From assembly GCA_016290595.1 (NCBI GenBank), contig JAEEUR010000001.1, positions 1 through 60,574 of the forward strand: a DNA stretch of 60,574 nt, read 5' to 3'. The notes beneath the pieces were generated by a model, which saw only the letters and a program-made list of their open reading frames with translations, ran no database searches and was not told where the DNA came from. The position numbers were made by a program, and so were the translations under genes. Source of the DNA: Lachnospiraceae bacterium. GTDB lineage: Bacteria; Bacillota; Clostridia; Lachnospirales; Lachnospiraceae. Positions within the stretch are counted from its first letter, which is position 1. Every line of letters starts with the position of its first letter. This document shows positions 1 to 9,660 of this stretch, piece by piece.

Positions 1-1468
1 GGCCGCCCAGGCTGAAGACCTTGGCTTCTTCGTCGATCTTGTTGTCGCCGCAGCCGGAGACGCAGCATTCGCCCATGCCGCGCGCCACGACCGCCGCGTG
101 GGAGGTCATGCCGCCGCGAACGGTCAGGATGCCTTCAGCGGCCTTCATGCCGGTGATGTCTTCCGGAGAGGTCTCCAGACGGACCAGAACGACCTTTTCT
201 TTTCTGGCAGCCCAGGCAACCGCGTCGTCAGCCGTGAACACGACCTTGCCGCAGGCAGCGCCGGGGGAGGCCCCAAGGCCCTTGCCCAGAGGCTTCGCGG
301 CCTTTAAGGCAGCGGTGTCAAACTGCGGGTGCAGCAGGGTGTCCAGGTTGCGGGGATCGATCATGGCCACGGCCTTCTTCTCATCGATCATGCCCTCGTC
401 GACCAGATCGCAGGCGATCTTCAAGGCAGCCTGCGCGGTGCGCTTGCCGTTGCGGCACTGCAGCATGTACAGCTTGCCGTTCTCGATGGTGAACTCCATG
501 TCCTGCATGTCGCGGTAGTGATCTTCCAGCAGGCCGCAGACCTTTACGAAGTCCGCATAGGCTTCCGGGAACTTTTCTTCCATCTGCGCGATTGGCATGG
601 GGGTACGGATGCCGGCCACCACGTCTTCGCCCTGTGCATTGGTCAGGAACTCGCCCATCAGCTTCTTTTCGCCGGTGGCGGGGTCACGCGTGAAGGCGAC
701 GCCCGTGCCGGAATTATCGTTTAAGTTGCCGAAGACCATCGGCATGACGGAAACGGCAGTGCCCCAGGAATAAGGGATGTCGTTGTCACGGCGGTACACG
801 TTCGCGCGGGGGTTGTCCCAGCTGCGGAACACGGCCTTGATGGCCTCCTTTAACTGCACGATCGGGTCGGACGGGAAGTCCTCACCCAGCTGGGCCTTGT
901 ATTCGGCCTTGAACTGCTCGGCCAGTTCCTTTAAGTCGGCGGCGGTCAGTTCGACGTCGAAGTGCACGCCCTTCTTCTCCTTCATCTGGTCGATAAGCTG
1001 TTCAAAGTACTTCTTGCCGACTTCCATAACGACGTCCGAGAACATCTGGATGAAGCGGCGGTAGGAGTCGTAAACGAAACGTTCGAACTTGGGATCCGGG
1101 TTGCCTTTGATCATGGCGGCAACGACGTCATCGTTTAAGCCGAGGTTTAAGATGGTGTCCATCATGCCGGGCATGGAAGCGCGGGCGCCGGAACGGACGG
1201 AGACCAGGAGCGGATTCTCCAGGCTGCCGAACTTCTTGCCGTTGATCTCTTCGATCTTGGCAACGTACTCCATGACCTGACCCATGATCTCGTCGTTGAT
1301 CTGACGGCCGTCTTCATAGTACTGCGTGCAGGCTTCGGTGGTGATGGTGAAGCCCTGCGGTACCGGCAGGCCGATGTTGGTCATTTCAGCCAGGTTGGCG
1401 CCTTTGCCGCCCAAGAGGTTCCGCATGGTCGCGTTGCCTTCGCTGAAGAGGTAAACCCATTTTCTCAT
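1..1468 (-). CDS. ppdK: pyruvate, phosphate dikinase, N-terminal ~489 aa (gene continues beyond window start)
   Basis: My own minus-strand translation; the ORF is not in the supplied track because it is open at the window edge. It reads MRKWVYLFSEGNATMRNLLGGKGANLAEMTNIGLPVPQGFTITTEAC... and reaches the phospho-histidine region TVRGGMTSHAAVVARGMGECC near position 70-130. AGGAGG lies about 8 nt upstream of the ATG at 1468. Confidence 0.93.
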   Translation of the reverse strand, partial: MRKWVYLFSEGNATMRNLLGGKGANLAEMTNIGLPVPQGFTITTEACTQYYEDGRQINDEIMGQVMEYVAKIEEINGKKFGSLENPLLVSVRSGARASMPGMMDTILNLGLNDDVVAAMIKGNPDPKFERFVYDSYRRFIQMFSDVVMEVGKKYFEQLIDQMKEKKGVHFDVELTAADLKELAEQFKAEYKAQLGEDFPSDPIVQLKEAIKAVFRSWDNPRANVYRRDNDIPYSWGTAVSVMPMVFGNLNDNSGTGVAFTRDPATGEKKLMGEFLTNAQGEDVVAGIRTPMPIAQMEEKFPEAYADFVKVCGLLEDHYRDMQDMEFTIENGKLYMLQCRNGKRTAQAALKIACDLVDEGMIDEKKAVAMIDPRNLDTLLHPQFDTAALKAAKPLGKGLGASPGAACGKVVFTADDAVAWAARKEKVVLVRLETSPEDITGMKAAEGILTVRGGMTSHAAVVARGMGECCVSGCGDNKIDEEAKVFSLGG

Positions 1469-1558
1469 ACAATATTTCCTCCTGAAATAAATGTGCTATT
1501 TTTCTTTGAAACGGCGGAAGTTCTCCCTATAGACCGCCCCATTAATTTGCCGCGGAAT

Positions 1559-1567
1559 ATTATAGCA
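1559..1567 (-). promoter_or_regulatory. candidate extended -10 promoter element for ppdK (TGcTATAAT)
   Basis: The minus strand reads ...ctttaTGcTATAATattcc about 90 nt upstream of the ppdK ATG. The -35 (TTCCCT at 17-nt spacing) is weak. Confidence 0.4.
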
Positions 1568-1576
1568 TAAAGGTTG

Positions 1577-1628
1577 AAAAAAGGGAACGCCCCGCGCCAT
1601 CTATTTTTGAGTTAGATGCGCGGGGCGC
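1577..1628 (-). terminator. intrinsic terminator after the sigma-like gene
   Basis: The minus strand has GCGCCCCGCGCATCTA-loop-TAGATGGCGCGGGGCG, a GC-rich stem of about 15 bp, followed by TTCCCTTTTTTC. Confidence 0.7.
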
Positions 1629-1676
1629 TTAAGATTTTTAGGATATTTCCGAAGTGCATGCGGACACTGTGATCCG

Positions 1677-2462
1677 TCAGTTCTCTACGTTCTTCATGGC
1701 CTTGGCGGACTGGCGGAGGACTTCGTCTACGCGGGCCTCGGGAATGCCCAGGCGCTCGGAGATCTGAGCAGCTGTCACGGCCGTGCCCAGCTCCTCTTCC
1801 ATCTCTTTGACCGTATCTAAGATGCGGTTGGACAGGCTTACCAGCTGAGTTTCCGTGCGCTCGTAGGCGCCTTCTTCTTTGAGCAGCGCCTTGATGGCTC
1901 CGCGGATATCCTTCTCCAGCGTTTCCGCGAGATCCGCCGCCCCGTCAAAGCGGCTTACGCTCTCCCACAGAGCCAGATTCCCCTCCTGGATCAGATCCGA
2001 AAGCGGCAGGCCGCGCCCCGCGTAGTCCTTGGCGATCTGCATGACCCAGCGGAGATTTCCTTCCGTCAGGCGCTCGGCGGCTTTGTGACGGGCTGCGGCA
2101 TCCTCCGCCAGCAGGATCGCGGTCAGCTCCGCCTCTTCCTGCCGGCTTAAGGGCGCAATGGCGGCCAGATCTTCTTCGTAGAAGTCCAGGAGCTTCTGAT
2201 CCGCCTCGGAATCCGCACCGCCCCAGGTTTCGGCGGCCAGGTCGTTCATATTCACGTCATCCGTTTCCGAAGGTTCGTAGTCCGCAAGGGAAATGTTCTC
2301 GGACGCCATAAAGTCGTAGATCTGGCGGATCTGGCTGTCGCTTAAATCCGCGTTTCCAAAGGCACGCAACACGTCCGACACCTCCACGGTGCCGTTCTTC
2401 AGGAAAGCGATATTGCGCAGGGCGGAAAAGCCCTTTTCCAGAGAGTTCGTTGTTTTTTTCAT
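1677..2462 (-). CDS. sigma-70-like protein with degenerate region 2.3/2.4 and no region 4
   Basis: 261 aa. It has a region 1.1-like N-terminus and a clear core-binding block 1.2/2.1-2.2 (EGNLRWVMQIAKDYAGRGLPLSDLIQEGNLALWESVSRF). It also has a region 3.0/3.1-like HTH (AAQISERLGIPEARVDEVL). The aromatic melting/-10 block (consensus RGYKFSTYATWWIRQAI) is replaced by AADLAETLEKDIRGAIKALL. The ORF stops before regions 3.2/4. Confidence 0.6.
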   Translation of the reverse strand: MKKTTNSLEKGFSALRNIAFLKNGTVEVSDVLRAFGNADLSDSQIRQIYDFMASENISLADYEPSETDDVNMNDLAAETWGGADSEADQKLLDFYEEDLAAIAPLSRQEEAELTAILLAEDAAARHKAAERLTEGNLRWVMQIAKDYAGRGLPLSDLIQEGNLALWESVSRFDGAADLAETLEKDIRGAIKALLKEEGAYERTETQLVSLSNRILDTVKEMEEELGTAVTAAQISERLGIPEARVDEVLRQSAKAMKNVEN

Positions 2463-2546
2463 AAAAACCTCATCGGATATGCGGAAGGATCCCTTCCCGG
2501 CAGGCGGGAAAAGATCCTTCTGCTTGCAGCATTTTAAGCGGATCGC

Positions 2547-3104
2547 TTACGCGCGGGACAGATATTCGCCGGTACGGGTATCGATCTTGATCTTGTCTCC
2601 CTGGTTGACGAACAGCGGGACCGCGACCTGCGCGCCGGTCTCTACGATGGCGGGCTTGGTGGCGCCGGTCGCCGTGTTGCCCTTGAAGCCGGGCTCGGTG
2701 TCGGTGATCTCCAGCTCCACGAACAGAGGCGGTTCCACGGAGAAAACGCTGCCCTTGTAGGAGCAGATGCGGCACTCTTCGTTCTCTTTCACGAACTTTA
2801 AGGAATCGCCGATCTGATCTTTGTTCAGCGCGATCTGCTCGAAGGTCTCGTTGTCCATGAAATAGAACATGTCGCCGTCGTTGTACAGATACTGCATGGC
2901 CTTGCGGTCGATGATCGCATTCTCAAAACGGTCGGTCGGACGGAAAGAAGTTTCCACCACGCCGCCGCTGATGATGTTCTTTAACTTCGTGCGGACGAAA
3001 GCGGCTCCCTTGCCGGGCTTTACGTGCTGGAATTCAATGATCTGCCACACGCCGCCATCCCACTCGATGGTAATACCGTTTTTGAAATCACCTGCTGATA
3101 CCAT
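2547..3104 (-). CDS. efp: translation elongation factor P
   Basis: 185 aa. [43 protein letters not shown]... is a typical EF-P sequence over its full length. Confidence 0.95.
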   Translation of the reverse strand: MVSAGDFKNGITIEWDGGVWQIIEFQHVKPGKGAAFVRTKLKNIISGGVVETSFRPTDRFENAIIDRKAMQYLYNDGDMFYFMDNETFEQIALNKDQIGDSLKFVKENEECRICSYKGSVFSVEPPLFVELEITDTEPGFKGNTATGATKPAIVETGAQVAVPLFVNQGDKIKIDTRTGEYLSRA

Positions 3105-3209
3105 AAAATCCTCCTTGGGGTGGTAAAATATTACAAAATGGATGTATTCGCGGGTCGTCGCCGCATTAACGGAAATATTTTACTTGATTCCTTTCCGGAA
3201 TGCAAGCCC

Positions 3210-3668
3210 TCATTTCTTTTTATTTTGATCCATTTTTTCAATTTCTTTGACAAAGGTCTTTACGTCCTTGAATTCGCGGTACACCGAGGCGAAGCGCACG
3301 TAGGCCACGTCGTCCGTCGCCTTCAGTTTTTCCATGACCTTCTCGCCGATGACCGTGGACGGGATCTCCCGCTCGTCGCCGGCCGTCAGCTCGTTTTCGA
3401 TCTCGTCCGCCAGCCGCAGGATGGTATCCACGGAGACCGGCCGCTTGTGACAGGCCAGCAGCATGCCCTTTTCGATCTTCGTCCGGTCGAATTCCTCGCG
3501 TACGCCGTCCTTTTTGACCACCATCAGCGGGATCGCCTCCACGCGTTCGTAGGTGGTAAAGCGCCGGTCGCAGACGATGCACTGACGGCGTCTGCGGATC
3601 GCGCCGCCTTCACAGGGGCGGGAATCGATGACCTTGGTATCTTCCGCATTACAGTAGGGACACTTCAT
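3210..3668 (-). CDS. nrdR: transcriptional repressor NrdR (zinc ribbon + ATP-cone)
   Basis: 152 aa. MKCPYCNAEDTKVIDSRPCEGGAIRRRRQCIVCDRRFTTYERVE is the NrdR signature N-terminus. Confidence 0.93.
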   Translation of the reverse strand: MKCPYCNAEDTKVIDSRPCEGGAIRRRRQCIVCDRRFTTYERVEAIPLMVVKKDGVREEFDRTKIEKGMLLACHKRPVSVDTILRLADEIENELTAGDEREIPSTVIGEKVMEKLKATDDVAYVRFASVYREFKDVKTFVKEIEKMDQNKKK

Positions 3669-3689
3669 GTCGGGCTCCTTTCTCGCGGT

Positions 3690-5276
3690 TTACGCCTGGT
3701 TCGTGCCAAACTCCGCAAGCTTTAAGCCGGGATTGCGGTCCAGCACCATGCCGGGGCTCCAGCTGTTCGCAAAGAGCAGCAGGGGATTGCCCTTTAAGTC
3801 CATAACACGCTTCATGTCCGAGGTGCCCTGGATGCTCTCGGGCGCCGTCGGACTTACGATCCAGCGGATGTATTCGTACGGAAGCATTTCGAGCCCTGCT
3901 TCCACGTTGTATTCGTTCTTCAGGCGGAACATGAGGACGTCGAACTGCAGGACGCCCACGACGCCCACGATGATCTCCTCCATGCCGCCCTTCATTTCCT
4001 GGAAGATCTGAATGGCGCCCTCCTGCGCAATCTGCGAGACGCCCTTTAAAAACTGCTTGCGCTTCATGGTGTCCACCTGGCGGAGCCTTGCAAAATGCTC
4101 CGGTGCGAAGGTCGGGATGCCTTCGAAGCGGTACTTTTCATCGGAGAGGCAGAGCGTGTCGCCGATGGAGAACACGCCCGGATCGAACACGCCGATGATG
4201 TCTCCCGCGTAGGCTTCCTCCACGATGGTACGCTCCTGCGCCATCATCTGCGTGGACTGAGACAGGCGGATCTTCCGGCCGCCCTGCACGTGGTTGACCT
4301 CCATGCCGGCCTCGTAGCGGCCGGAGCAGATGCGCATGAAGGCGATGCGGTCGCGGTGCGCCTTGTTCATGTTGGCCTGGATCTTGAAGACGAAGGCCGA
4401 GAAGGGCTGCTCCACGGGGTCGATGAGGCCCCCGCTGGAATTGTGCGCGCCGGGCGCCGGCGCCATCTGAAGGAAGTGCTCCAGGAAGGTCTGCACGCCG
4501 AAATTGGTGAGCGCCGAGCCGAAGAACACGGGGCTTAAGATTCCCTCCGCGACGGCTTCCTCGTCCATCTCCGCCACCGCGTCCAGCATCTCCAGATCGT
4601 CCAGGAGCTGGTCCATGGCCGGCCCGCCGATCTTCTCCCGGGTCTTAGGATCCGCCGGATCGAGTGTCTCGGTCGCGATCTCCCGCTGGCCGGCGCCTTC
4701 CGCCTTGAAGGTGGTGATGCACTTTCTGTCGCGCTCGTAGATGCCTTTAAAGTTCTTGCCGGAGCCTAAGGGCCAGTTCACCGGGCAGGTGGCGATGCCG
4801 AGCACGTGCTCGATATCGTCCAGCAGCTCGAAGGGATCCTTGGCCTCCCGGTCCAGCTTGTTGATGAAGGTGAAGATCGGGATGTGCCGCATCACGCAGA
4901 CCTTGAACAGCTTGATGGTCTGCGCCTCGACGCCCTTGGAAGCGTCGATGACCATGACCGCGCAGTCCGCCGCCATCAGGGTCCGGTAGGTATCCTCCGA
5001 AAAATCCTGGTGGCCGGGCGTGTCCAGGATGTTCACACACAGGCCGTTATAGTGGAACTGCAGGACGGAGCTCGTGACCGAGATGCCTCTTTCCTTTTCG
5101 ATCTCCATCCAGTCGGAGACCGCGTGGCGCGCGGTCTTGCGTCCCTTGACGGAACCGGCCAGATTGATGGCGCCGCCGTAGAGCAGGAACTTCTCCGTCA
5201 GCGTGGTCTTGCCCGCGTCGGGGTGCGATATGATGGCGAAGGTCCGCCGTTTTTCGATTTCTTCACGTAATGACAT
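3690..5276 (-). CDS. prfC: peptide chain release factor 3 (GTPase)
   Basis: The ORF is 3690-5342, and I prefer Met-23 (MSLREEIEKRRTFAIISHPDAGKTTLTEK). That ATG overlaps the TAA of the upstream gene as TAATG at 5274-5278. G1-G4 GTPase motifs are present (AGKT, DTPGH, NKLD). Confidence 0.92.
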   Translation of the reverse strand: MSLREEIEKRRTFAIISHPDAGKTTLTEKFLLYGGAINLAGSVKGRKTARHAVSDWMEIEKERGISVTSSVLQFHYNGLCVNILDTPGHQDFSEDTYRTLMAADCAVMVIDASKGVEAQTIKLFKVCVMRHIPIFTFINKLDREAKDPFELLDDIEHVLGIATCPVNWPLGSGKNFKGIYERDRKCITTFKAEGAGQREIATETLDPADPKTREKIGGPAMDQLLDDLEMLDAVAEMDEEAVAEGILSPVFFGSALTNFGVQTFLEHFLQMAPAPGAHNSSGGLIDPVEQPFSAFVFKIQANMNKAHRDRIAFMRICSGRYEAGMEVNHVQGGRKIRLSQSTQMMAQERTIVEEAYAGDIIGVFDPGVFSIGDTLCLSDEKYRFEGIPTFAPEHFARLRQVDTMKRKQFLKGVSQIAQEGAIQIFQEMKGGMEEIIVGVVGVLQFDVLMFRLKNEYNVEAGLEMLPYEYIRWIVSPTAPESIQGTSDMKRVMDLKGNPLLLFANSWSPGMVLDRNPGLKLAEFGTNQA

Positions 5277-6904
5277 TACTTCTTCACCAGTGCTTCCGCG
5301 ATGTTCATGGCCTGGTCGCCGCAGCGCTCCAGATCCGTGCACATATCCGCAAAGATCACGCCGCCTAAGGGATCGCAGACCGATACCATCAGGCGGTCGA
5401 TGTGATTCTGAATAAACTGCTCCTGCAGGTCGTCGATCTCCTGCTCCTTCTCTTCCGTTTCGGCCAGCAGCTCGGGGCTCTCCTCCTCAAAGGTCCGCAT
5501 GGCGCGGTCCAGGTTTTCCATCACCTTGCCGGAGAGCGTCTTCAGCTCGCCCATCGCGATCTCGGAGATCGTCACCTTCGCGGCCTTCATGCGGTCCGCA
5601 AACTCGATGATGTTTTCCGCGTGGTCGCTGATGCGCTCGAAGTTGGAGACCGTCAGGATCATGCGGGAGAGACGGAACACGTCCTTGTCCGAAAGGGGCA
5701 GAGCCCGCAGCCCCACCAGCTTGTCCTCGATGGTCTTGTTCAGGTAGTCGACGGTCTCCTCCGTCTCCTCCACCTGCGCGAAGAGCTCAGACTTCGCCGG
5801 GTGGAAGAAGAATTCGATGGACGCCGCCAGGTTGTCGCGGGCGATCTTCCCCATGCGGGTCAGCTCCCGCTTGGCCTGCTGCATGGCGACCGCCGGAATG
5901 CTTTTCACGTTGATATTGGCCAGATACACCAGGCGCCTGTCTTCCAGGGCCTGCTGCTCGCTCGCCTTAAGAGGAACGGTCTTCTCCGCCAGCTTCACGA
6001 TCTTCTCCGCGAACGGACTTAAGACCAGCACCGCGAAGATGGCAAAGATGGTATGCGTATTCGCGACCTGGCGGGCAATATCGTTCGGCGAGAGCGCCTG
6101 GATCCAGCTTAAGACCGTCGGGAAGATCAGCACGATGGAGGTTAAAAGCGCTCCGCGGATCAGGTTGAAGTAGAGGTTTAAAAGCGCCGTGCGCTTGCCG
6201 TTGCGGCCCGTGGTCAGGGAGGCCAGGAAGTTCGGCATCACCGAGCCGATAGCCGCGCCGATGATCAGGAACACGCAGTCGGTATAGCTCAGCATGCCCT
6301 CGACCGCAAACGCCTGGAAGATGACGATCGACGAGGACGAGCTCTGCAGCAGCGCCGTAAACAGGATGCCGAAGAGGATCGCCAGCGCCGGATTGTCCAG
6401 CACGCTGATGGCCTGCTTGAAGGCGCTGCTCTTAGCCAGGAGGGCGATGGCGCTCTTTAAGATCCCGATGCCCACGAAGAGCATGCCGAAGCCGAGGATC
6501 ACCTTGCCGATGTTCTGCACAAGGGATTTCTTCGCGAAAAGCGCCATCACGCAGCCGATAAAGAGCAGGAAAGGCGCATAGCTCACCAGATCGAAGGCCG
6601 TGATCTGCGCGGTGACCGTGGTACCGATATTGGCGCCCATGATCACGCCGACGGCCTGTGACAGGTTCATCAGAGCCGAATCCACGAAGCCGATGACCAT
6701 CATGTCCGTAGCCGAGGAGCTCTGGATCAGCATGGTCACCAGGATGCCGATCAGGATCGCGGTGATGCGCTTTCCGGCCACCTTTTCCAGGATCGTCCGC
6801 ATTTTGTCGCCGGCGGCGTTCTTAAGGCCCGTGGACATGATGGACATGCCGTACAGGAACAGGCCGATGCCGCCGAAGAAAGATAAAACCGAAGTCAGAC
6901 TCAT
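5276..6904 (-). CDS. Na+/phosphate cotransporter family protein with C-terminal PhoU-like domains
   Basis: 542 aa. The N-terminal half is polytopic with duplicated QSSSAT / QSSSSS motifs. The C-terminal part is soluble and helical (PhoU-like repeats, e.g. FERISDHAENI). Confidence 0.85.
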   Translation of the reverse strand: MSLTSVLSFFGGIGLFLYGMSIMSTGLKNAAGDKMRTILEKVAGKRITAILIGILVTMLIQSSSATDMMVIGFVDSALMNLSQAVGVIMGANIGTTVTAQITAFDLVSYAPFLLFIGCVMALFAKKSLVQNIGKVILGFGMLFVGIGILKSAIALLAKSSAFKQAISVLDNPALAILFGILFTALLQSSSSSIVIFQAFAVEGMLSYTDCVFLIIGAAIGSVMPNFLASLTTGRNGKRTALLNLYFNLIRGALLTSIVLIFPTVLSWIQALSPNDIARQVANTHTIFAIFAVLVLSPFAEKIVKLAEKTVPLKASEQQALEDRRLVYLANINVKSIPAVAMQQAKRELTRMGKIARDNLAASIEFFFHPAKSELFAQVEETEETVDYLNKTIEDKLVGLRALPLSDKDVFRLSRMILTVSNFERISDHAENIIEFADRMKAAKVTISEIAMGELKTLSGKVMENLDRAMRTFEEESPELLAETEEKEQEIDDLQEQFIQNHIDRLMVSVCDPLGGVIFADMCTDLERCGDQAMNIAEALVKK

Positions 6905-6938
6905 AGCATTGTAAGCCGGTGGTTCTTTTTCCTTTCCT

Positions 6939-9467
6939 TTAGTTCTCCGTCCGGGTCATGGTATAGACCTTTCCGTCCTTCGTATTGTACAGTTCGATGG
7001 TATCCAGCCCGACGATGGTGATGTCGCAGATCCGGTAGGTTTCGTTGCCGTCTTCATCCATCACGCTAAGGCCTAAGGAAACCGCATCCAGATAGCTGCC
7101 GACCGGAGCCCAGGGCAGTTCATAGTGCAGCGTGAAGTGGCCGTCCTCGTGGCGCGTCATGGAGATGAGTTCGCCTTCCGTCCCGGTCGTCCAGACGCCT
7201 TCCAGGAAGGCCATCAGCGGATAGCGGTCGGAGCAGAAAGCCTGCATATCCGGACGCAGCGGCCAGAGAAGGCGGATATCCTCTATCGTCGGCAGCGTTT
7301 CGATGACCGGATCCAGGAGGAAATCGACGTAGTTGACAAAAGCGTCCGCGACCGGATCGTCCATGCCGGCGAACTGCGTCTGCATCATGACCAGCAGGGC
7401 CTGCATCTCCGGCGCCCGGTAGACCACCCGCTGTCCGTCCTTATAAACGACCATGTCGTAGGTCTTTTCGACCACATAGTCGAGGAGCATCTTCTGCTGC
7501 TCGCTGCTTAAGCTGACGACCTCGTTCATGCGCTCGGCAAAGCCCATGCAGAGCTCGCTGTCCGAGTCGATGATATACGCGTACCAGAGCAGGATGATCT
7601 TGTCCAGATAATCCGGCGCCTCCATATAATCCCCCATTTCGGCCAGTTCCCGGTAGACGGATTCGAATTCGTCCGGGGTGAAAGCGTTTGCCTCGTACAG
7701 CGCGTTGATCTTATCGATGACCGCCTGATAGCCGATGTCGGCGAGCATCGCCCGGCTGTCCTTGTAGTCGCCCAATTCTTTAAAGATCTCGCAGGCCTTT
7801 TCCGTCTCGCCGGCTTCCGCCAGAGCCCGCGCCTTGCCGTACTTGGCTTCCTTCAGATGCTCCTCATCATTCTGGTAGGCCCCGATTTCTTCGTACAGGG
7901 CGATGGCCTTGTCGAATTCGGCGTGGGTCAGATAGCCGTAGGCGATCTCGCTCTTCAACGGCAGGAAGTCGAAATAGGAGCCGTCCAACCTGTTCATGAA
8001 GTCCAGGGCTTCGTCATATTTCAGCATTGCGATCAGGGAGATGATCTTGTCCTCCGCCTGATCCAGCGGGCTCACGTAATAAGAGAAGCTCTCATACAGG
8101 CTATTGATGCGGTCGGCGTCCATAGCCTCCACGCTCTGCTTCATCGCCTCCGTCACGGTTTCGGAAAGGAGCCCGGAACCGTCCAGCCTGTAGTAAACGG
8201 CGTTGTACAGGGAGAGCACGGCCTCATCCTTCTTTTCCGCCAGAAGCGCCTGCATTTTCCCTTTTACGGCCTCTTCGTACGGCGCTTTATCGCCGAGCTG
8301 ATAGGAGAAGTTGTCCAGGACCGCCTCAAGCTTTGCATCGTCGCCCGCTTCCAGCTGTTTCGTGAAGTTTTCCAGCAGCGCCGCGCCGATATCCAGATCC
8401 AGCTCCTCGAAGACGTCCAGCACCGTAACGGCCTGCGCATAGTCGTCCTGTTCCAGAAGCGAGCTGATCTTTGTGCCCAGGATATCGTAGACAAAGCCCG
8501 CGTCCGGGATCTTGATCCGGAACGTCTTCAGCAGTCTGTCAGCGTCCGTGTAGCGTCCCTCGCCGATCAGTTCGCTGAAGCTTTTGCTCAGGCCTTCCGT
8601 CACGAAGGAAAGATCCACCTTGTCCTGGAACGTGTCCAGCAGCTCTTCCGCCGCCGAAGCATCCTCCGATTTTCCGGTGCTCATCAGCTCCGTAAAGCGG
8701 GACTTGACAGCTTCCTCCAGATCGCCGATATAGCCGCTCAGTTCCTCGCTCATGCTCTTGGCGTCGGCCGGAGCGGAACGGAGCAGGGCGGCAAAGGCGG
8801 ACTGCGCCTCCTTCGTAAAGGCGCTCGTATCCATCTCCTGGTTGGCGATGTTCTTAAGGCTCTTGACGGCGCGGCTGTATTTGCCGCTCTTCAGCTCGCC
8901 GAGCGCTTTCTGCAGCAGGCATTCGTCGATCTTCGCCGGGGCGTCCTTGTAGTCGCCCAGCGCTTCGAAGGCGTCGATGGCGTCCGCATACTCGCCGGCT
9001 TTCATCAGTTCCTCCGCCGCCTTGTAATCGTTCTGGGGCTTCAGAATCATGAAGTAGGCCGCCGCCGCGCCGCCCGCGAGCAGCAGAAATGCGATAAGCC
9101 CGATGATCAGGCCCTTGGCCGATTTCTTCTTTTTCGGCTCTTCCACCGTGATGCTTTCGTATAAAGGATCCGTCTCAGCCGGCGCAGCCGGGATCTCCTG
9201 AGGAGCGGCTTCGGCCGGCGCGGAAAACGCCTCCTGCGGAGCATCTTCGACAGGCGCGGCGGGGATCTCCTCCGTCACAGGCGCTTCCGCGGCCGCCTGC
9301 ACTTCCGATACGAAAGCCGGCTCAGCCGCCGCTTCCACGGCGCCCGCCGTCGCAGCCGCCACCTCGGCTACATTCATGCGCAGCCCGCAGTATTTGCAAA
9401 AAATGAATTCCTTTTCTTCCGGTACTTCCTGCGCTCTTCCGCAGACGGGACATAACAAACGGATCAT
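6939..9467 (-). CDS. zinc-ribbon, single-pass membrane protein with long helical-repeat ectodomain
   Basis: The ORF is 6939-9509, and I prefer Met-15 (MIRLLCPVCGR...CKYCG zinc ribbon). It has an Ala/Pro/Glu linker and a TM segment (LIIGLIAFLLLAGGAAAAYFMIL). GDYKDA / GDYKDS / GDYMEA motifs recur in a TPR/Sel1-like helical region. Confidence 0.5.
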   Translation of the reverse strand: MIRLLCPVCGRAQEVPEEKEFIFCKYCGLRMNVAEVAAATAGAVEAAAEPAFVSEVQAAAEAPVTEEIPAAPVEDAPQEAFSAPAEAAPQEIPAAPAETDPLYESITVEEPKKKKSAKGLIIGLIAFLLLAGGAAAAYFMILKPQNDYKAAEELMKAGEYADAIDAFEALGDYKDAPAKIDECLLQKALGELKSGKYSRAVKSLKNIANQEMDTSAFTKEAQSAFAALLRSAPADAKSMSEELSGYIGDLEEAVKSRFTELMSTGKSEDASAAEELLDTFQDKVDLSFVTEGLSKSFSELIGEGRYTDADRLLKTFRIKIPDAGFVYDILGTKISSLLEQDDYAQAVTVLDVFEELDLDIGAALLENFTKQLEAGDDAKLEAVLDNFSYQLGDKAPYEEAVKGKMQALLAEKKDEAVLSLYNAVYYRLDGSGLLSETVTEAMKQSVEAMDADRINSLYESFSYYVSPLDQAEDKIISLIAMLKYDEALDFMNRLDGSYFDFLPLKSEIAYGYLTHAEFDKAIALYEEIGAYQNDEEHLKEAKYGKARALAEAGETEKACEIFKELGDYKDSRAMLADIGYQAVIDKINALYEANAFTPDEFESVYRELAEMGDYMEAPDYLDKIILLWYAYIIDSDSELCMGFAERMNEVVSLSSEQQKMLLDYVVEKTYDMVVYKDGQRVVYRAPEMQALLVMMQTQFAGMDDPVADAFVNYVDFLLDPVIETLPTIEDIRLLWPLRPDMQAFCSDRYPLMAFLEGVWTTGTEGELISMTRHEDGHFTLHYELPWAPVGSYLDAVSLGLSVMDEDGNETYRICDITIVGLDTIELYNTKDGKVYTMTRTEN

Positions 9468-9660
9468 ACAGAATACCTCCGCACTAAAGTCGGGCCTATA
9501 CAAACCCATTATGAAATATAATGCCCCGGGGCCCGAAAGTCAATGAAAGGCGGCGAAAATGACAAAAAAAGAGGACGAAAAGCACGCTCCCGCCGTTTTT
9601 CCGCCTTTAAAAAAGGCGTCCGCCGTTTTCAGCAGACGTCCTTCTCTAAAGGCCCGTGAT

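Noticed and set aside
3690-5342. A possible programmed frameshift or long N-terminal extension in the release factor gene.
   Set aside because: The gene is prfC (RF3, a GTPase), not prfB. The frame is continuous. The 22-aa extension in the track lacks an RBS and overlaps the upstream transporter gene, whereas the TAATG-coupled Met-23 fits.
7857-9164. Long plus-strand ORFs antisense to real genes. Examples are 7857-9164 (435 aa), 10169-11314, 14127-15170, 16620-18125 (501 aa), 20752-21801, 21808-22983, 36602-38224 (540 aa), 43281-44597, 54109-55209 and 55255-56229.
   Set aside because: They lie exactly opposite genes with strong family signatures. They are Arg/Gly/Ala/Pro/His-rich low-complexity translations typical of shadow ORFs in high-GC DNA. 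They have no recognisable motifs and no RBS.
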